Origin: a virus
IMG/VR virus record: IMGVR_UViG_3300025138_000013
Reading direction: 5' to 3' (one strand)
DNA length: 64,000 bases
In this document: positions 46,388-56,167 of the stretch, piece after piece
Position numbering within the stretch: the stretch's first letter is position 1
How the letters are laid out: each line of letters begins with the position of its first letter
Notes under the pieces: generated by a model
Database searches by the model: none
Told to the model about the DNA's origin: nothing
The model's input: the letters and a program-made list of their open reading frames with translations, nothing else
Translations under genes and position numbers: made by a program

Positions 46388-47731
46388 ATGAAATCATTCA
46401 ATCAACTACTCGACCCAAAACTGGAAGATATCAAACTTGATATCCCAACACTGGATGAAGCATTAGAAGTTAAAGACTTACCTTCAGAAGTAACCGATGG
46501 GTTGACCATTGAGAAACATAAAAAATCTAATAGTAAGACTACAGTTTTTGTTGTCAAGACACAAGATAGAGATAGTGATAGAGACGAGGTAGAAAAGAAG
46601 TTAAGGAATGCAGATATCACTGCAGAGGTGAAGGGAAGTTCATTATCAAGTTTTGACCCTATCTTTATTCCATCATTGAATGGAGACCGTGCAATCATCA
46701 TGTTTAAACCCAAGAGTGGTGGCATGAATGAGACAACACTAAACTCAAGTATCACAGAGTTGTTTCCTTGTATTGCATGGGAGAAGAACTACAAACCCAA
46801 ATCAGTTTCATCATTCTATGAGTGGATACTTCAACAGGATGTAGACAAGTTAAAGTGTGTTGGTAGTACAGACAAACAATCTGCAAAAGACTTCATTGCA
46901 CAAGCAGAAGATTCATCTAAGTTTCAAGAGAAAGTAGAGAATGCAATAGGTATTACAAAGTACATTTACGATGAAATGAAAGCGAAGTCAATCAAGAATG
47001 TTTTTTGGGGATACCGTGCAAAACCAGCTGGTGTTCCATCCAAACATCCAGGCGACATCTTCCTTCAGTTTACGGATGGTGCAATCTTAGGAACCTCTCT
47101 TAAAGCAGGTGGTAAGAAAACTTCAGAACCTAAACTCAACACATACGTAAACCCAATCTTCCAAGCATTTAAAGAGGGTAATCAAGTACCTAAGTTATCT
47201 GCAAAGTTACATAAAGAAGTATTCTCTAAGATTGAGGGTATGCCTTCTGCAAAAACCTATGATAGTAAAGATAGAAAAATTACCCAACAAGTCCTAAAGG
47301 ATTTTGACAAGAATAATAATGGTAAGTACGAACAGTACTATAACGAACACTTAGAGATAGTCAGACAAGCACTGATAGACCTATTCAATAAGAATGGTAA
47401 ACAGGGTGGTAAATCATTTGACTATATAAAGAAAGAAATTTTACGTGAAGCACCAGGCGTCCCAACTAAAGTTATTAAAGGAATTGGTTCCACGTATGAA
47501 CAGGTTACAGATGATGATGAACTCGGAGTATTTTTACCAGTAGTTAAGTTCATTAAAGCAGAAGCTTCTAAATCATCGAAACAGAATTGGTTCCTACACC
47601 TTGCATCGAAAGATACAACGTACACCATGCAAATGTCAGTGAGGACTAACAAAGCAGGACATGCTGGACTTAAGAAACTCGGACAATTTTATAACCTTGC
47701 CGTAAAATATAACGGTCTACTAAAGAAATAA
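46388..47731 (+). CDS. Hypothetical protein, possible PD-(D/E)xK-like fold
   Basis: HPGDIFLQF....GTSLK motif; late-promoter variant GATAAATA 46375-46382. Confidence 0.5.
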   Translation: MKSFNQLLDPKLEDIKLDIPTLDEALEVKDLPSEVTDGLTIEKHKKSNSKTTVFVVKTQDRDSDRDEVEKKLRNADITAEVKGSSLSSFDPIFIPSLNGDRAIIMFKPKSGGMNETTLNSSITELFPCIAWEKNYKPKSVSSFYEWILQQDVDKLKCVGSTDKQSAKDFIAQAEDSSKFQEKVENAIGITKYIYDEMKAKSIKNVFWGYRAKPAGVPSKHPGDIFLQFTDGAILGTSLKAGGKKTSEPKLNTYVNPIFQAFKEGNQVPKLSAKLHKEVFSKIEGMPSAKTYDSKDRKITQQVLKDFDKNNNGKYEQYYNEHLEIVRQALIDLFNKNGKQGGKSFDYIKKEILREAPGVPTKVIKGIGSTYEQVTDDDELGVFLPVVKFIKAEASKSSKQNWFLHLASKDTTYTMQMSVRTNKAGHAGLKKLGQFYNLAVKYNGLLKK

Positions 47732-47733
47732 TT

Positions 47734-48348
47734 ATGTATCAATTGATAGAAGAAGCCTCTAAGGTTTTAAGAACACCCCCACAACTATTCAACTTTGAAG
47801 AAAGAAAGGATGCAGAAGAAATAGAAACTGCACTCAGTGAAGCAATGGATAGATTTGGTGGAATAGGTTTGAGTGCAAACCAAGTAGGATTGGATGCAAG
47901 AGTTTTTGTAATGAAATCTCAAGACCAAGGAAACGTTTGTTTTTTTAATCCCGAGATAACAAAGGTATCACAAGAAACAGATTTAATGAAAGAAGGTTGC
48001 TTATCGTTTCCCGATATGTACCTTATGATTAAACGTGCAAAAATGATAGAACTAAAATATCAAACTGCACAAGGTGAAGAAAAAGTTATAAGTCTAGATG
48101 GACTTGCATCAAGATGTGTTCAACATGAAGTCGACCATCTTAATGGTATCATCTTCTTACAACGTGCTTCAAAATTGAAATTAGACCGTGCATTAAAATC
48201 ACGACCTAAAGAAAGAGCTAAGAGAATAGAGTATGAGAAACGACAAGCACTTGCAAAATACATTCAAAGTGTATCAGCCGATAACAATTCAGAACATGTT
48301 GAGTCCACAGGACAGCATGAGTCTGATAAAGTATCATCTAACGCATAA
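47734..48348 (+). CDS. def: Peptide deformylase
   Basis: GIGLSANQVG, EGCLS, QHEVDHLNG. Confidence 0.95.
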   Translation: MYQLIEEASKVLRTPPQLFNFEERKDAEEIETALSEAMDRFGGIGLSANQVGLDARVFVMKSQDQGNVCFFNPEITKVSQETDLMKEGCLSFPDMYLMIKRAKMIELKYQTAQGEEKVISLDGLASRCVQHEVDHLNGIIFLQRASKLKLDRALKSRPKERAKRIEYEKRQALAKYIQSVSADNNSEHVESTGQHESDKVSSNA

Positions 48349-48901
48349 ACATTTAAGAACAGTTGGTGACGGTACAGACTACCGTGCCATAGACTTCTGT
48401 CACATAAAAACATCATGGGTACGTGACTGTTTTAGACGTGCAGCTCAGCAATGTACATCATATATATTTCAAGTAACAGGACAACATTTCTATCCCGAAA
48501 TGATGGCACTCAATGAATGGGACATAGGTGGAGTTCAGAATCCACACCTAGATACCTATTCTAACTCAGAGATTAATGAGAATGCAGTACCCGAGACAGG
48601 AAATTCAAGAGAATGGACATGCATTTTATATCTAAACGATAATTTTAGAGGTGGTGAGACCTACTTTCCACCCAGTGAAACCTATCCAATAGGCCATACG
48701 CATCCCATAGAGACCGCTGGGGGACTTCTATTCCAAGGTCTTTACCTTGAACATGGCGTGAATGCTGTAAGAAGAGGCCCTAGACACACCATTTCAATGT
48801 GGTTTACAGACATCGAAGACAAAATGATTATCGATGAGAGAATAAACCTAGACGAAAACCAACACCAAATCCAAAGAAAAAACTCCTACATCCCACGCTA
48901 A
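48233..48901 (+). CDS. 2OG-Fe(II) oxygenase (P4H-like); start uncertain
   Basis: PHLD, ILYLND.F.GGE..F, HGV..V..G.R.T...W. Confidence 0.85.
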   Translation: MRNDKHLQNTFKVYQPITIQNMLSPQDSMSLIKYHLTHKHLRTVGDGTDYRAIDFCHIKTSWVRDCFRRAAQQCTSYIFQVTGQHFYPEMMALNEWDIGGVQNPHLDTYSNSEINENAVPETGNSREWTCILYLNDNFRGGETYFPPSETYPIGHTHPIETAGGLLFQGLYLEHGVNAVRRGPRHTISMWFTDIEDKMIIDERINLDENQHQIQRKNSYIPR

Positions 48902-48905
48902 TCAT

Positions 48906-48938
48906 GCCTTGACGATGCCTCTGGCTTTTTGTTATACT
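48906..48938 (+). promoter_or_regulatory. Early sigma70-type promoter with phage-specific motif
   Basis: GCC-TTGACG-ATGCC...GCT, 18 nt spacer, TG-N-TATACT. Confidence 0.75.
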
Positions 48939-48968
48939 ATGTATATAATGAAAAATCAAGAGGTAATT

Positions 48969-49286
48969 ATGTGGGATGAATGGTTAGAAGAGTACGAACA
49001 AGTACAGTGGAAACAGAATGGTGACTATTACATTGGTTACATTAAGAGTATGGAAGACAAACATCCAGTGACAGGTGATTCTGGCTTAACTGTTAAGGTC
49101 GTATCAATCAATCACGAGAATGACTGGAATTCTAAACAAAAACACCCTATCGTTTATATCCCTTGTACTGCATATGACAAAATCGAGTTAGAGATTTGGA
49201 CTGATGGAAGAGGTTGTGATAACTCTGCAATTGGTGTCAGTGGTTGTTATGAGTCATACAAATACTACTTAAAGGAAGTTGCATAA
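48969..49286 (+). CDS. Hypothetical early protein
   Basis: SD GAGGT before ATG 48969. Confidence 0.6.
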   Translation: MWDEWLEEYEQVQWKQNGDYYIGYIKSMEDKHPVTGDSGLTVKVVSINHENDWNSKQKHPIVYIPCTAYDKIELEIWTDGRGCDNSAIGVSGCYESYKYYLKEVA

Positions 49287-49474
49287 TGAATACTTACTTA
49301 AAAGAAATTACAGATTGGTCTGAGTCTAAAGTCTCAGTACCAAATCATACCTACATTGTAAACAAACAATTACAACTCGTAGGATATATCAAGACTGGAA
49401 CCAAAGAAGAAATCATCTTCAAATCTCCAATGAAACAATTTTCTAAATCAAGGAGAAAATTTATTACGCTCTAG
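49286..49474 (+). CDS. Hypothetical protein
   Basis: TAATG coupling; E.T.W...PNH.Y...F..SRRKF pattern. Confidence 0.6.
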   Translation: MNTYLKEITDWSESKVSVPNHTYIVNKQLQLVGYIKTGTKEEIIFKSPMKQFSKSRRKFITL

Positions 49475-49507
49475 GCCTTGACAATGCCATGCAGCTAATG
49501 ATAGCAT
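49475..49507 (+). promoter_or_regulatory. Early sigma70-type promoter with phage-specific motif
   Basis: GCC-TTGACA-ATGCC...GCT, 18 nt spacer, TG-A-TAGCAT. Confidence 0.7.
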
Positions 49508-49513
49508 ATACTT

Positions 49514-51904
49514 ATGACTGAGACAAAAAGAAACCAAAAAGACCAACTTGCCAAACTAATGGCAACCGAGAACATTACTATTGTTCATAAACCAATACCA
49601 ACTGCATACTTCGATGTAAAGAATAGGATACTTGCTTGTCCTACTTTCAAAGATGATATCAGTGACGAACTTTATGACTTGTTCATGGGTCACGAAGTTG
49701 GACATGCATTGAATACACCTTACGAGGGTCTTCATAATGCATTGACAAAAAACAAAACACTTAAGGGATATCTTAACGTTGTTGAAGATGTTAGGATTGA
49801 GAAAGCAATCAAGAACAAATTCCAAGGATTGAGAAAATCTTTCTACACTGCATACAATGAGTTGATGGAAAAAGATTTCTTTGGTCTTAAAGGAAGAGAC
49901 TTAAACACACTTTCATGCATTGACAAAATCAACTTGATTACTAAGTGTGGTTCAAGAGTTCAAATTGCATTAACAGAACAAGAACAAAAATTCTTAGACA
50001 TGGCAGAGGCTTGTACTTCTTGGGAAGAAGTTGAAGTTTGTGCTGAAGCAATCTATAACTGGTCAAAAGAAAATGAGACTAGGGATGAGAGTGACGAATC
50101 AATTGTTCCTAAAATGTTCGACCTTGGTGACGAAGAAGAAGGTGACGAAGAAGAGAATGAGTTCCAAGATGGTGAAGGTGGTGATGACCAATATGATGAT
50201 GATACTTCAGATGGTGAAGAAGATTCAGATGAAGATGGTGAAGAGGAAGACAAACTTCCCGAAGCTCCCGAGTATGGTGACGGTGACCAAGACGAAGATG
50301 GTGAAGAAGACGATGTAGAAGGTGAGACAGAGAAAAAAACTACTGGCACTTCTAAAGAAGGTGGTGTTGCAAGTCCCGAAGATTACGATGGTGAGAATGG
50401 TGCTAGAGAATCTATCACTGAACATCATGCACATAACAATGAAGAAATGTTTCTTGATGACAAACCAGCATGGAGAGAACAAATCAATTTGAGAGAGAGA
50501 TTCAAAAATGTTGAGTCAACTGATATCGTCATTGGTCACAATCAAGTTCTTACAGATTGGAATGATTACTGGGCAGAAGAAGCTAAAAATGGTAGAGCAA
50601 CTGCTGAGAAAAACAAAAAGAAGTCAATCTTCACTGGAAAGAAATTGATTGAGAGAAACAAAAAGATTGTTGCTCACATGGTGAAAGAATTTGAAATGAA
50701 GCAGACTGCACAAAGAAGTGTTAAAGCTTTCAGTGGTAAAACTGGTAAGTTAGATATGAACAAACTTGCAAAATACCAAATCGTTGATGATGTTTTTAAA
50801 AGAGTTACTTACTTGCCTGATGGACAGAATCATGGTCTGAATGTTTTACTTGATTGGAGTGGTTCGATTGGAAACAGTTGTGCTGAGTTATTAGAACAAG
50901 CAGTTATTCTTTCAGAGTTCTGCAGAAAAGCAAACATCCCTCACAGAGTTTATCTCTTCAGTGATGCATACTCTAAGAATAGTGATGACTACTATACTCA
51001 TGATGATGGATACCTTGTTGAATTATTCTCTAATGAAATGAATAACAAGAAGTATCAAGAAATGATGACTAACGTTGGAGCTCTTTGGATGAATCACTTC
51101 CTAGGAAAGTTCGGTTGGAGAAGCAGTCTAAAAATGGAGAAGGCTCACAATAGTTTTTACGATGGTGAGTATGCAATCGATTATGAAAACGACCCTTACT
51201 TCTACTTCGATACTAATGTCAGACCAATGAGTTACAGATTAGGTGGTACACCTCTTGACCATTGTTTAGTTGTCATGAGAAAATTACTTCCCGAGTTCAA
51301 CAGAGCTTATGGAATTGAGAAGTCAATCCTAACAGTAATAACAGATGGATTCTCACATAGAAGTTCTTTACTCAATGTTGATTCTTCAGAAAAGAATGCA
51401 TGGGCAAGAGGAGAAGGTATTGACCCTTGGGATATTTCTGAAGTAACTGAGATACTTGACCCATTCGATAATAAAGTTTTTCCTCTAAAGAATAATACAA
51501 GAAGTAGATATAACAGATACGATGACTCTTTCAAAAAAACTCAGAACCTATTGTCTTGGTTATCTAAAACTTGTAACGTCACTGTGACTGGTTACTTTGT
51601 TCTTGATAAGAAGAGAGACTTGAATGACATCATGGGTTACACTTCTCTGAAAGATACATGGTGGGACAATGACAGACAAATCTGGGCTGAGATTAGAAAG
51701 AATGGATTAGTTGTTGACTGTCACGGTTACAACAAAATGTTTTTGACTGCAACTTCTTCACTTGGTGTTGATGGTTCAGACGAATTAGATGATGACTTGG
51801 TCGATGCCAAGAAGTCTAGAGTGTTGGCTGCTTTCAAAAAGAATCAGAAAGCCAAGACCACATCAAGATTTTTAACAAATGAATTTATCAAGGAGATATC
51901 ATGA
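49514..51904 (+). CDS. CobT-like protein: HExxH metallopeptidase-like N-terminus, acidic linker, VWA domain
   Basis: GHEVGH, N.VED.RIE, D/E-rich linker, LLDWSGS MIDAS, GGTP, ITDG. Confidence 0.85.
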   Translation: MTETKRNQKDQLAKLMATENITIVHKPIPTAYFDVKNRILACPTFKDDISDELYDLFMGHEVGHALNTPYEGLHNALTKNKTLKGYLNVVEDVRIEKAIKNKFQGLRKSFYTAYNELMEKDFFGLKGRDLNTLSCIDKINLITKCGSRVQIALTEQEQKFLDMAEACTSWEEVEVCAEAIYNWSKENETRDESDESIVPKMFDLGDEEEGDEEENEFQDGEGGDDQYDDDTSDGEEDSDEDGEEEDKLPEAPEYGDGDQDEDGEEDDVEGETEKKTTGTSKEGGVASPEDYDGENGARESITEHHAHNNEEMFLDDKPAWREQINLRERFKNVESTDIVIGHNQVLTDWNDYWAEEAKNGRATAEKNKKKSIFTGKKLIERNKKIVAHMVKEFEMKQTAQRSVKAFSGKTGKLDMNKLAKYQIVDDVFKRVTYLPDGQNHGLNVLLDWSGSIGNSCAELLEQAVILSEFCRKANIPHRVYLFSDAYSKNSDDYYTHDDGYLVELFSNEMNNKKYQEMMTNVGALWMNHFLGKFGWRSSLKMEKAHNSFYDGEYAIDYENDPYFYFDTNVRPMSYRLGGTPLDHCLVVMRKLLPEFNRAYGIEKSILTVITDGFSHRSSLLNVDSSEKNAWARGEGIDPWDISEVTEILDPFDNKVFPLKNNTRSRYNRYDDSFKKTQNLLSWLSKTCNVTVTGYFVLDKKRDLNDIMGYTSLKDTWWDNDRQIWAEIRKNGLVVDCHGYNKMFLTATSSLGVDGSDELDDDLVDAKKSRVLAAFKKNQKAKTTSRFLTNEFIKEIS

Positions 51905-52170
51905 GAGACCCACTAAGAGTAGACGAAGCTTATTACATTAACCACCAAACAGATTATTCGAAATTTGCAGATGCAGTTATGGATGTTGGGCCTGCCCCAT
52001 GCACCTTCCATAATTGTTCCAAGTATCAAGAATGTAAAACAGAAGAAAAGGAATGTTTTGCATTTAGAATATGGGTCAACAAAGGTGAGAAATATTTGAC
52101 TGAGAAAAATAAAAAAGGTGTAGTAAAATGCCTAGAGAAGATGGGAACTAGATTTGAAGAGCTTAAATAA
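51901..52170 (+). CDS. Small Cys-rich hypothetical protein
   Basis: PC...C....C......C.AF. Confidence 0.55.
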   Translation: MRDPLRVDEAYYINHQTDYSKFADAVMDVGPAPCTFHNCSKYQECKTEEKECFAFRIWVNKGEKYLTEKNKKGVVKCLEKMGTRFEELK

Positions 52171-52172
52171 CA

Positions 52173-52205
52173 GCCTTGACAATGCCATCAGCTTTTTAGT
52201 ATACT
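52173..52205 (+). promoter_or_regulatory. Early sigma70-type promoter with phage-specific motif
   Basis: GCC-TTGACA-ATGCC...GCT, 18 nt spacer, TATACT. Confidence 0.75.
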
Positions 52206-52212
52206 ATAAAAG

Positions 52213-53481
52213 ATGAGAAAACAAATTGAAAACGGAGACTATATGACAAATTCAATTGATGTAAACGGTAAGAAATTTTCTTACACACCCGACAGGGCTG
52301 AGTTTTTGGGAGAACTCGTTACGAAATTCCCTAACCAAACTTCCTTTGGAAGGAAAGAAATCAAAGATGCCTTTGATGGATATTTCCCTTCATGGATTAA
52401 ATCCTCGAAGTATGACTTCAAAGAAGCTCAAGAGACTGGGCCTTTGATGTACAATCTTCATGCAGTTATCACTGGTTATAATGGTGGGTATTCAGATGAT
52501 GCCAACGTTGTTCCAATGAAACCTGCTCCAATTGCAGCTGTTGCTTCCCCAAGTAACATGCCAGTTGCAGCTCAAACAGAGTCAGTCAATCTACTCGACG
52601 ATGGTGTAAAAATTATTCCCGAGAAGATGTCTAACTATGTTCCTTTCGGACATTTCAAAGATGTCAAGAACATTATTAAATCCAAAATCTTCTTTCCAGT
52701 ATTCGTTACTGGTTTGAGTGGTAATGGTAAAACTCTTATGATTGAACAAACATGTGCTCAATTGAGGAGAGAACTCTACAGGGTTAACATCACCATCGAG
52801 ACAGATGAAGATGACCTAATGGGTGGTCACACTTTAGTCAACGGTAACGTTGTCTTCAGAGAAGGGCCAGTTATCAAAGCAATGAGAAAAGGTGCTGTAC
52901 TTCTATTAGACGAAGTCGACCTTGGTTCAAACAAGTTGATGTGTCTACAATCAGTTCTTGAAGGTAAAGGATACCTAATCAAGAAAACTGGTGAGTGGGT
53001 TTCACCTACTGCTGGGTTTACAATCCTTGCAACTGCAAACACTAAAGGACAAGGTTCCGATGATGGAAAGTTCATAGGAACTCAAATCATGAATGAAGCC
53101 ATGTTGGAAAGATTTGCAATCACAATGCAACAAGAATATCCACCAGTGAAAACTGAGAAGTCAATCCTTTCAAAAGAAATGGAATTGACTGGTGACGTTG
53201 ATGCAGACTTCGTTGAGAAGCTTGTTGACTGGGCTGACATTATCAGAAAAACATATTACGAAGGTGGTATTGATGATGTTGTTACGACTAGAAGATTGGT
53301 TCACATTGTCAATGCATTCAGAATGTTTAATGACAAACTCAAGTCAATCACCATGTGTATTTCAAGGTTCGACGAAGAGACTAGAAATAGTATCCTCGAC
53401 CTCTACTCCAAGATTGATGCTGGAATTGATTTGAATGCTGAAGATAATTCAGAAAACCCTGTTGACGAAACAGGGTACTAG
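52213..53481 (+). CDS. CobS-like/MoxR AAA+ ATPase (start 52213 or 52243)
   Basis: GLSGNGKT, LLLDEVD, ATANTKG.G, NEA.LERF, TRRLV. Confidence 0.9.
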   Translation: MRKQIENGDYMTNSIDVNGKKFSYTPDRAEFLGELVTKFPNQTSFGRKEIKDAFDGYFPSWIKSSKYDFKEAQETGPLMYNLHAVITGYNGGYSDDANVVPMKPAPIAAVASPSNMPVAAQTESVNLLDDGVKIIPEKMSNYVPFGHFKDVKNIIKSKIFFPVFVTGLSGNGKTLMIEQTCAQLRRELYRVNITIETDEDDLMGGHTLVNGNVVFREGPVIKAMRKGAVLLLDEVDLGSNKLMCLQSVLEGKGYLIKKTGEWVSPTAGFTILATANTKGQGSDDGKFIGTQIMNEAMLERFAITMQQEYPPVKTEKSILSKEMELTGDVDADFVEKLVDWADIIRKTYYEGGIDDVVTTRRLVHIVNAFRMFNDKLKSITMCISRFDEETRNSILDLYSKIDAGIDLNAEDNSENPVDETGY

Positions 53482-53496
53482 GAGTATACTAGTAAC

Positions 53497-53793
53497 ATGT
53501 TCGGTAAAAAAGTTCAAACAATTGATTACAAATACAATGAGCAAGAACTCCTCAAGGAGTTCAAGCTCTATGTTGACAAAACATACGGTGAACATTATTC
53601 CAAAGATAAGTTTCAGGCAACTGAGTTTATCATGGATGGTGGTCACGGTGAAGGATTCTGTATCGGGAACGTGATGAAATATGCACAACGATATGGCAAG
53701 AAGGGTGGTTATAATCGTGCTGACCTTCTCAAGGTAATTCATTATGGATTCCTTGCTTTGTACAATCACGATAATTATAAGGAGACTAACTAG
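53497..53793 (+). CDS. Conserved phage protein (DUF3310-like)
   Basis: HY, F..GN..KY..RYGKK.G, DL.K..HY; promoter TTGACG-17-TATACT at 53462-53490. Confidence 0.75.
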   Translation: MFGKKVQTIDYKYNEQELLKEFKLYVDKTYGEHYSKDKFQATEFIMDGGHGEGFCIGNVMKYAQRYGKKGGYNRADLLKVIHYGFLALYNHDNYKETN

Positions 53794-54461
53794 TGATGAA
53801 AATTAGTAATGATACAAAAGATGTTCTAAAGAACTTCTCAACAATCAACTCGGGCATTCGAGTCAAAACAGGCAACAAACTGGAAACTATTTCCAATATG
53901 AAAAACATTCTTGCAGTAGCAACTGTGGCTGAGGATTTCCCTCAAGACTTCAGTATCTACAACCTGCCAGAATTCTTAGGTGCGACATCTTTAATGGATG
54001 ACCCCGACTTCCAATTCAATGATTCTTCATTGTCTGTGGCAGATAACAATTCTTCTCTTGCGTATTTCTATGCAGCGGAAGGTATGGTGACTGCACCCGA
54101 CAAGATGATAACTATGCCAGATGCAGAGATTGAATTCAAAGTAACGTCAACACTATTGACTGACCTTAAGAAAGCTGCAGCTGTCCTAGGTGTTAACGAT
54201 TTGATTCTCAAATCAGATGGAACTAACGTAACATTAGTTGTTACAGATAAGAAGAGTCCTACTTCAAATACATTCTCAAGAATTGTAGGTGAAGGTGATG
54301 GAACTACTTATGACATGAATTTCAAGATGGAGAATCTTAAAATTCTAGACGGTAACTATGATGTTCAAGTATCATCAAAAGGTATATCTCATTTCAATAA
54401 TGCAGATGTAGACTTAGAGTACTTTATTGCACTGGAGCCTGACAGCAAATACAATGCCTAA
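53793..54461 (+). CDS. gp45: Sliding clamp gp45
   Basis: LKNF..IN, IY.L.EFL, NLK...G.Y.V, Y.IALE. Confidence 0.94.
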   Translation: MMKISNDTKDVLKNFSTINSGIRVKTGNKLETISNMKNILAVATVAEDFPQDFSIYNLPEFLGATSLMDDPDFQFNDSSLSVADNNSSLAYFYAAEGMVTAPDKMITMPDAEIEFKVTSTLLTDLKKAAAVLGVNDLILKSDGTNVTLVVTDKKSPTSNTFSRIVGEGDGTTYDMNFKMENLKILDGNYDVQVSSKGISHFNNADVDLEYFIALEPDSKYNA

Positions 54462-54481
54462 CCTATATAATAATAGTGTGA

Positions 54482-54572
54482 ATATTGTGCCAGTCTCTGC
54501 AATATACGCGGGAGTAGTCCTCACTCATCATTGGGTGGACTGCACTGCAAACTCGGTGGGGGGTTTGCTCCT
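54482..54572 (+). promoter_or_regulatory. Structured GC-rich leader of gp44
   Basis: Hairpins 54515-54542 and 54547-54568 immediately before ATG 54573. Confidence 0.5.
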
Positions 54573-55511
54573 ATGAATGAATTTCTCTATGTAGAAAAGT
54601 ATCGTCCTCAAACTATTGATGACACTATACTTCCGAAGGAACTTAAAGAAACCTTTAAGGAGTTCGTAAAGAACGGAGAGATACCTAACCTATTATTGTG
54701 TGGGTCAGCAGGTGTTGGTAAGACGACAGTTGCAAAAGCATTGTGTAATGAACTCAATGCAGACTTTATAGTAATCAATGGTTCCGATGAAGGACGATTG
54801 ATTGACACACTCAGAACAAAGATTAAGAACTTTGCATCCTCGGTTTCATTATCGGGTGGTGCAAAAGTTGTTATCTTAGACGAAGCAGATTACATATCTG
54901 CAGACTCAGTTCAACCAGCTTTGAGAAACTTCATAGAAGAGTTCTCGTCCAACTGTAGATTTATCTTTACATGTAATTACAAGAATAGAATTATTCCACC
55001 ATTGCATTCTAGAACTACGGTTATAGATTTTGGTATTACACCATCACAAAAACCTAAACTTGCACAGCAGATGTTACTTAGATGTAAAAACATTTGTGAG
55101 ATAGAAAACATTCAGGCAGATGAACGTGTCCTTGCAGAACTTATTATGAAGTTCTTCCCCGACTTTCGAAGATGTCTAAATGAGATTCAACGTTATGGTG
55201 TAAGTGGAGTTATAGATAGTGGATTGATATCAACCCTATCCGAAGAGAAACTAACTCCATTGATAAATAATATCAAAGAAAAGAATTGGTCTGCCATGAG
55301 AAAGTGGGTTGGTTCAAACTCTGATAATGATTTCAATTCATTATTCAGAAAAGTTTTTAATGCACTGGAACAGAAATTGGAACCCCAATCAATTCCAGCT
55401 GCCGTGTTAATAATTGCAGACTATCAATACAAGTCTGCATTTGCAATGGATTCAGAGATAAACTTTGTTGCTTGTCTAACTGAAATCATGGGAGAATGTA
55501 AATTCAAATGA
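54573..55511 (+). CDS. gp44: Clamp loader large subunit gp44
   Basis: VEKYRP, G.AGVGKTT, ILDEAD, PD.RR..NE.Q. Confidence 0.95.
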   Translation: MNEFLYVEKYRPQTIDDTILPKELKETFKEFVKNGEIPNLLLCGSAGVGKTTVAKALCNELNADFIVINGSDEGRLIDTLRTKIKNFASSVSLSGGAKVVILDEADYISADSVQPALRNFIEEFSSNCRFIFTCNYKNRIIPPLHSRTTVIDFGITPSQKPKLAQQMLLRCKNICEIENIQADERVLAELIMKFFPDFRRCLNEIQRYGVSGVIDSGLISTLSEEKLTPLINNIKEKNWSAMRKWVGSNSDNDFNSLFRKVFNALEQKLEPQSIPAAVLIIADYQYKSAFAMDSEINFVACLTEIMGECKFK

Positions 55512-55774
55512 GTGAATATGATGATGTAGTAGATAGACAAAGGAGATTACTCCTTGCAGAAGAATGGGCAAAAGGTGTTAAGTCACTTCATGCACATGCA
55601 CTAACTTCCTGCTGGTACGATACTAGGGGTAACGATGGTTCAGTATTGGACATTGAATACAACAACGGTGTTGTTATGAGAGAGATTAGAGAGACAGGTG
55701 AAACTGTATTCTTTGGTGAACCTCTTAAAGGTGATGCACTCCTCTCAGCTTTCGGACAGAATACAGGAAAGTAA
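55508..55774 (+). CDS. Hypothetical protein inserted between gp44 and gp62
   Basis: ATGA overlap; ORF fills the gap. Confidence 0.6.
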   Translation: MSEYDDVVDRQRRLLLAEEWAKGVKSLHAHALTSCWYDTRGNDGSVLDIEYNNGVVMREIRETGETVFFGEPLKGDALLSAFGQNTGK

Positions 55775-56167
55775 ATGCAGAAACGAAATCCTTTCGATTT
55801 TGTTAAGTCGGTCTCTTCCGATAAAACTGATATCATGGTTGATGATATCGAAGAGAAAGCATATCAGCCATTTCTAATTAACAAATCTTTGTCTTACCAC
55901 CAAGATTCTGTTTTCTTTACTAACGAAATGAATTGTCGCCACGGTCTAGATAACCGTCTTCAGTATGTATTTTTCCTAAATACTTTACGAAAACGACAGA
56001 GATTTTCTAAATGGTCTAAACCATATGTTAGTAAAAAACTCGATGTCGTAAAAGAATATTATCAGATGTCAACAAGAGAAGCTAAAGAATTATACGTTCT
56101 CTTATCTGATAAAGAACTACGTGAGTTGAAGAACAGAATGAATACTGGTGGTAATAACAATGGATGA
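55775..56167 (+). CDS. gp62: Clamp loader small subunit gp62
   Basis: Y.PF..N..LS, NEMN, LRKR.RFSKW, GG C-terminus. Confidence 0.92.
   Translation: MQKRNPFDFVKSVSSDKTDIMVDDIEEKAYQPFLINKSLSYHQDSVFFTNEMNCRHGLDNRLQYVFFLNTLRKRQRFSKWSKPYVSKKLDVVKEYYQMSTREAKELYVLLSDKELRELKNRMNTGGNNNG

Noticed and set aside
49514-53481. Cobalamin biosynthesis AMGs (cobT/cobS)
   Set aside because: Architecture is a MoxR AAA+/VWA pair widespread in T4-like phages; no cobN or other cob genes are present.
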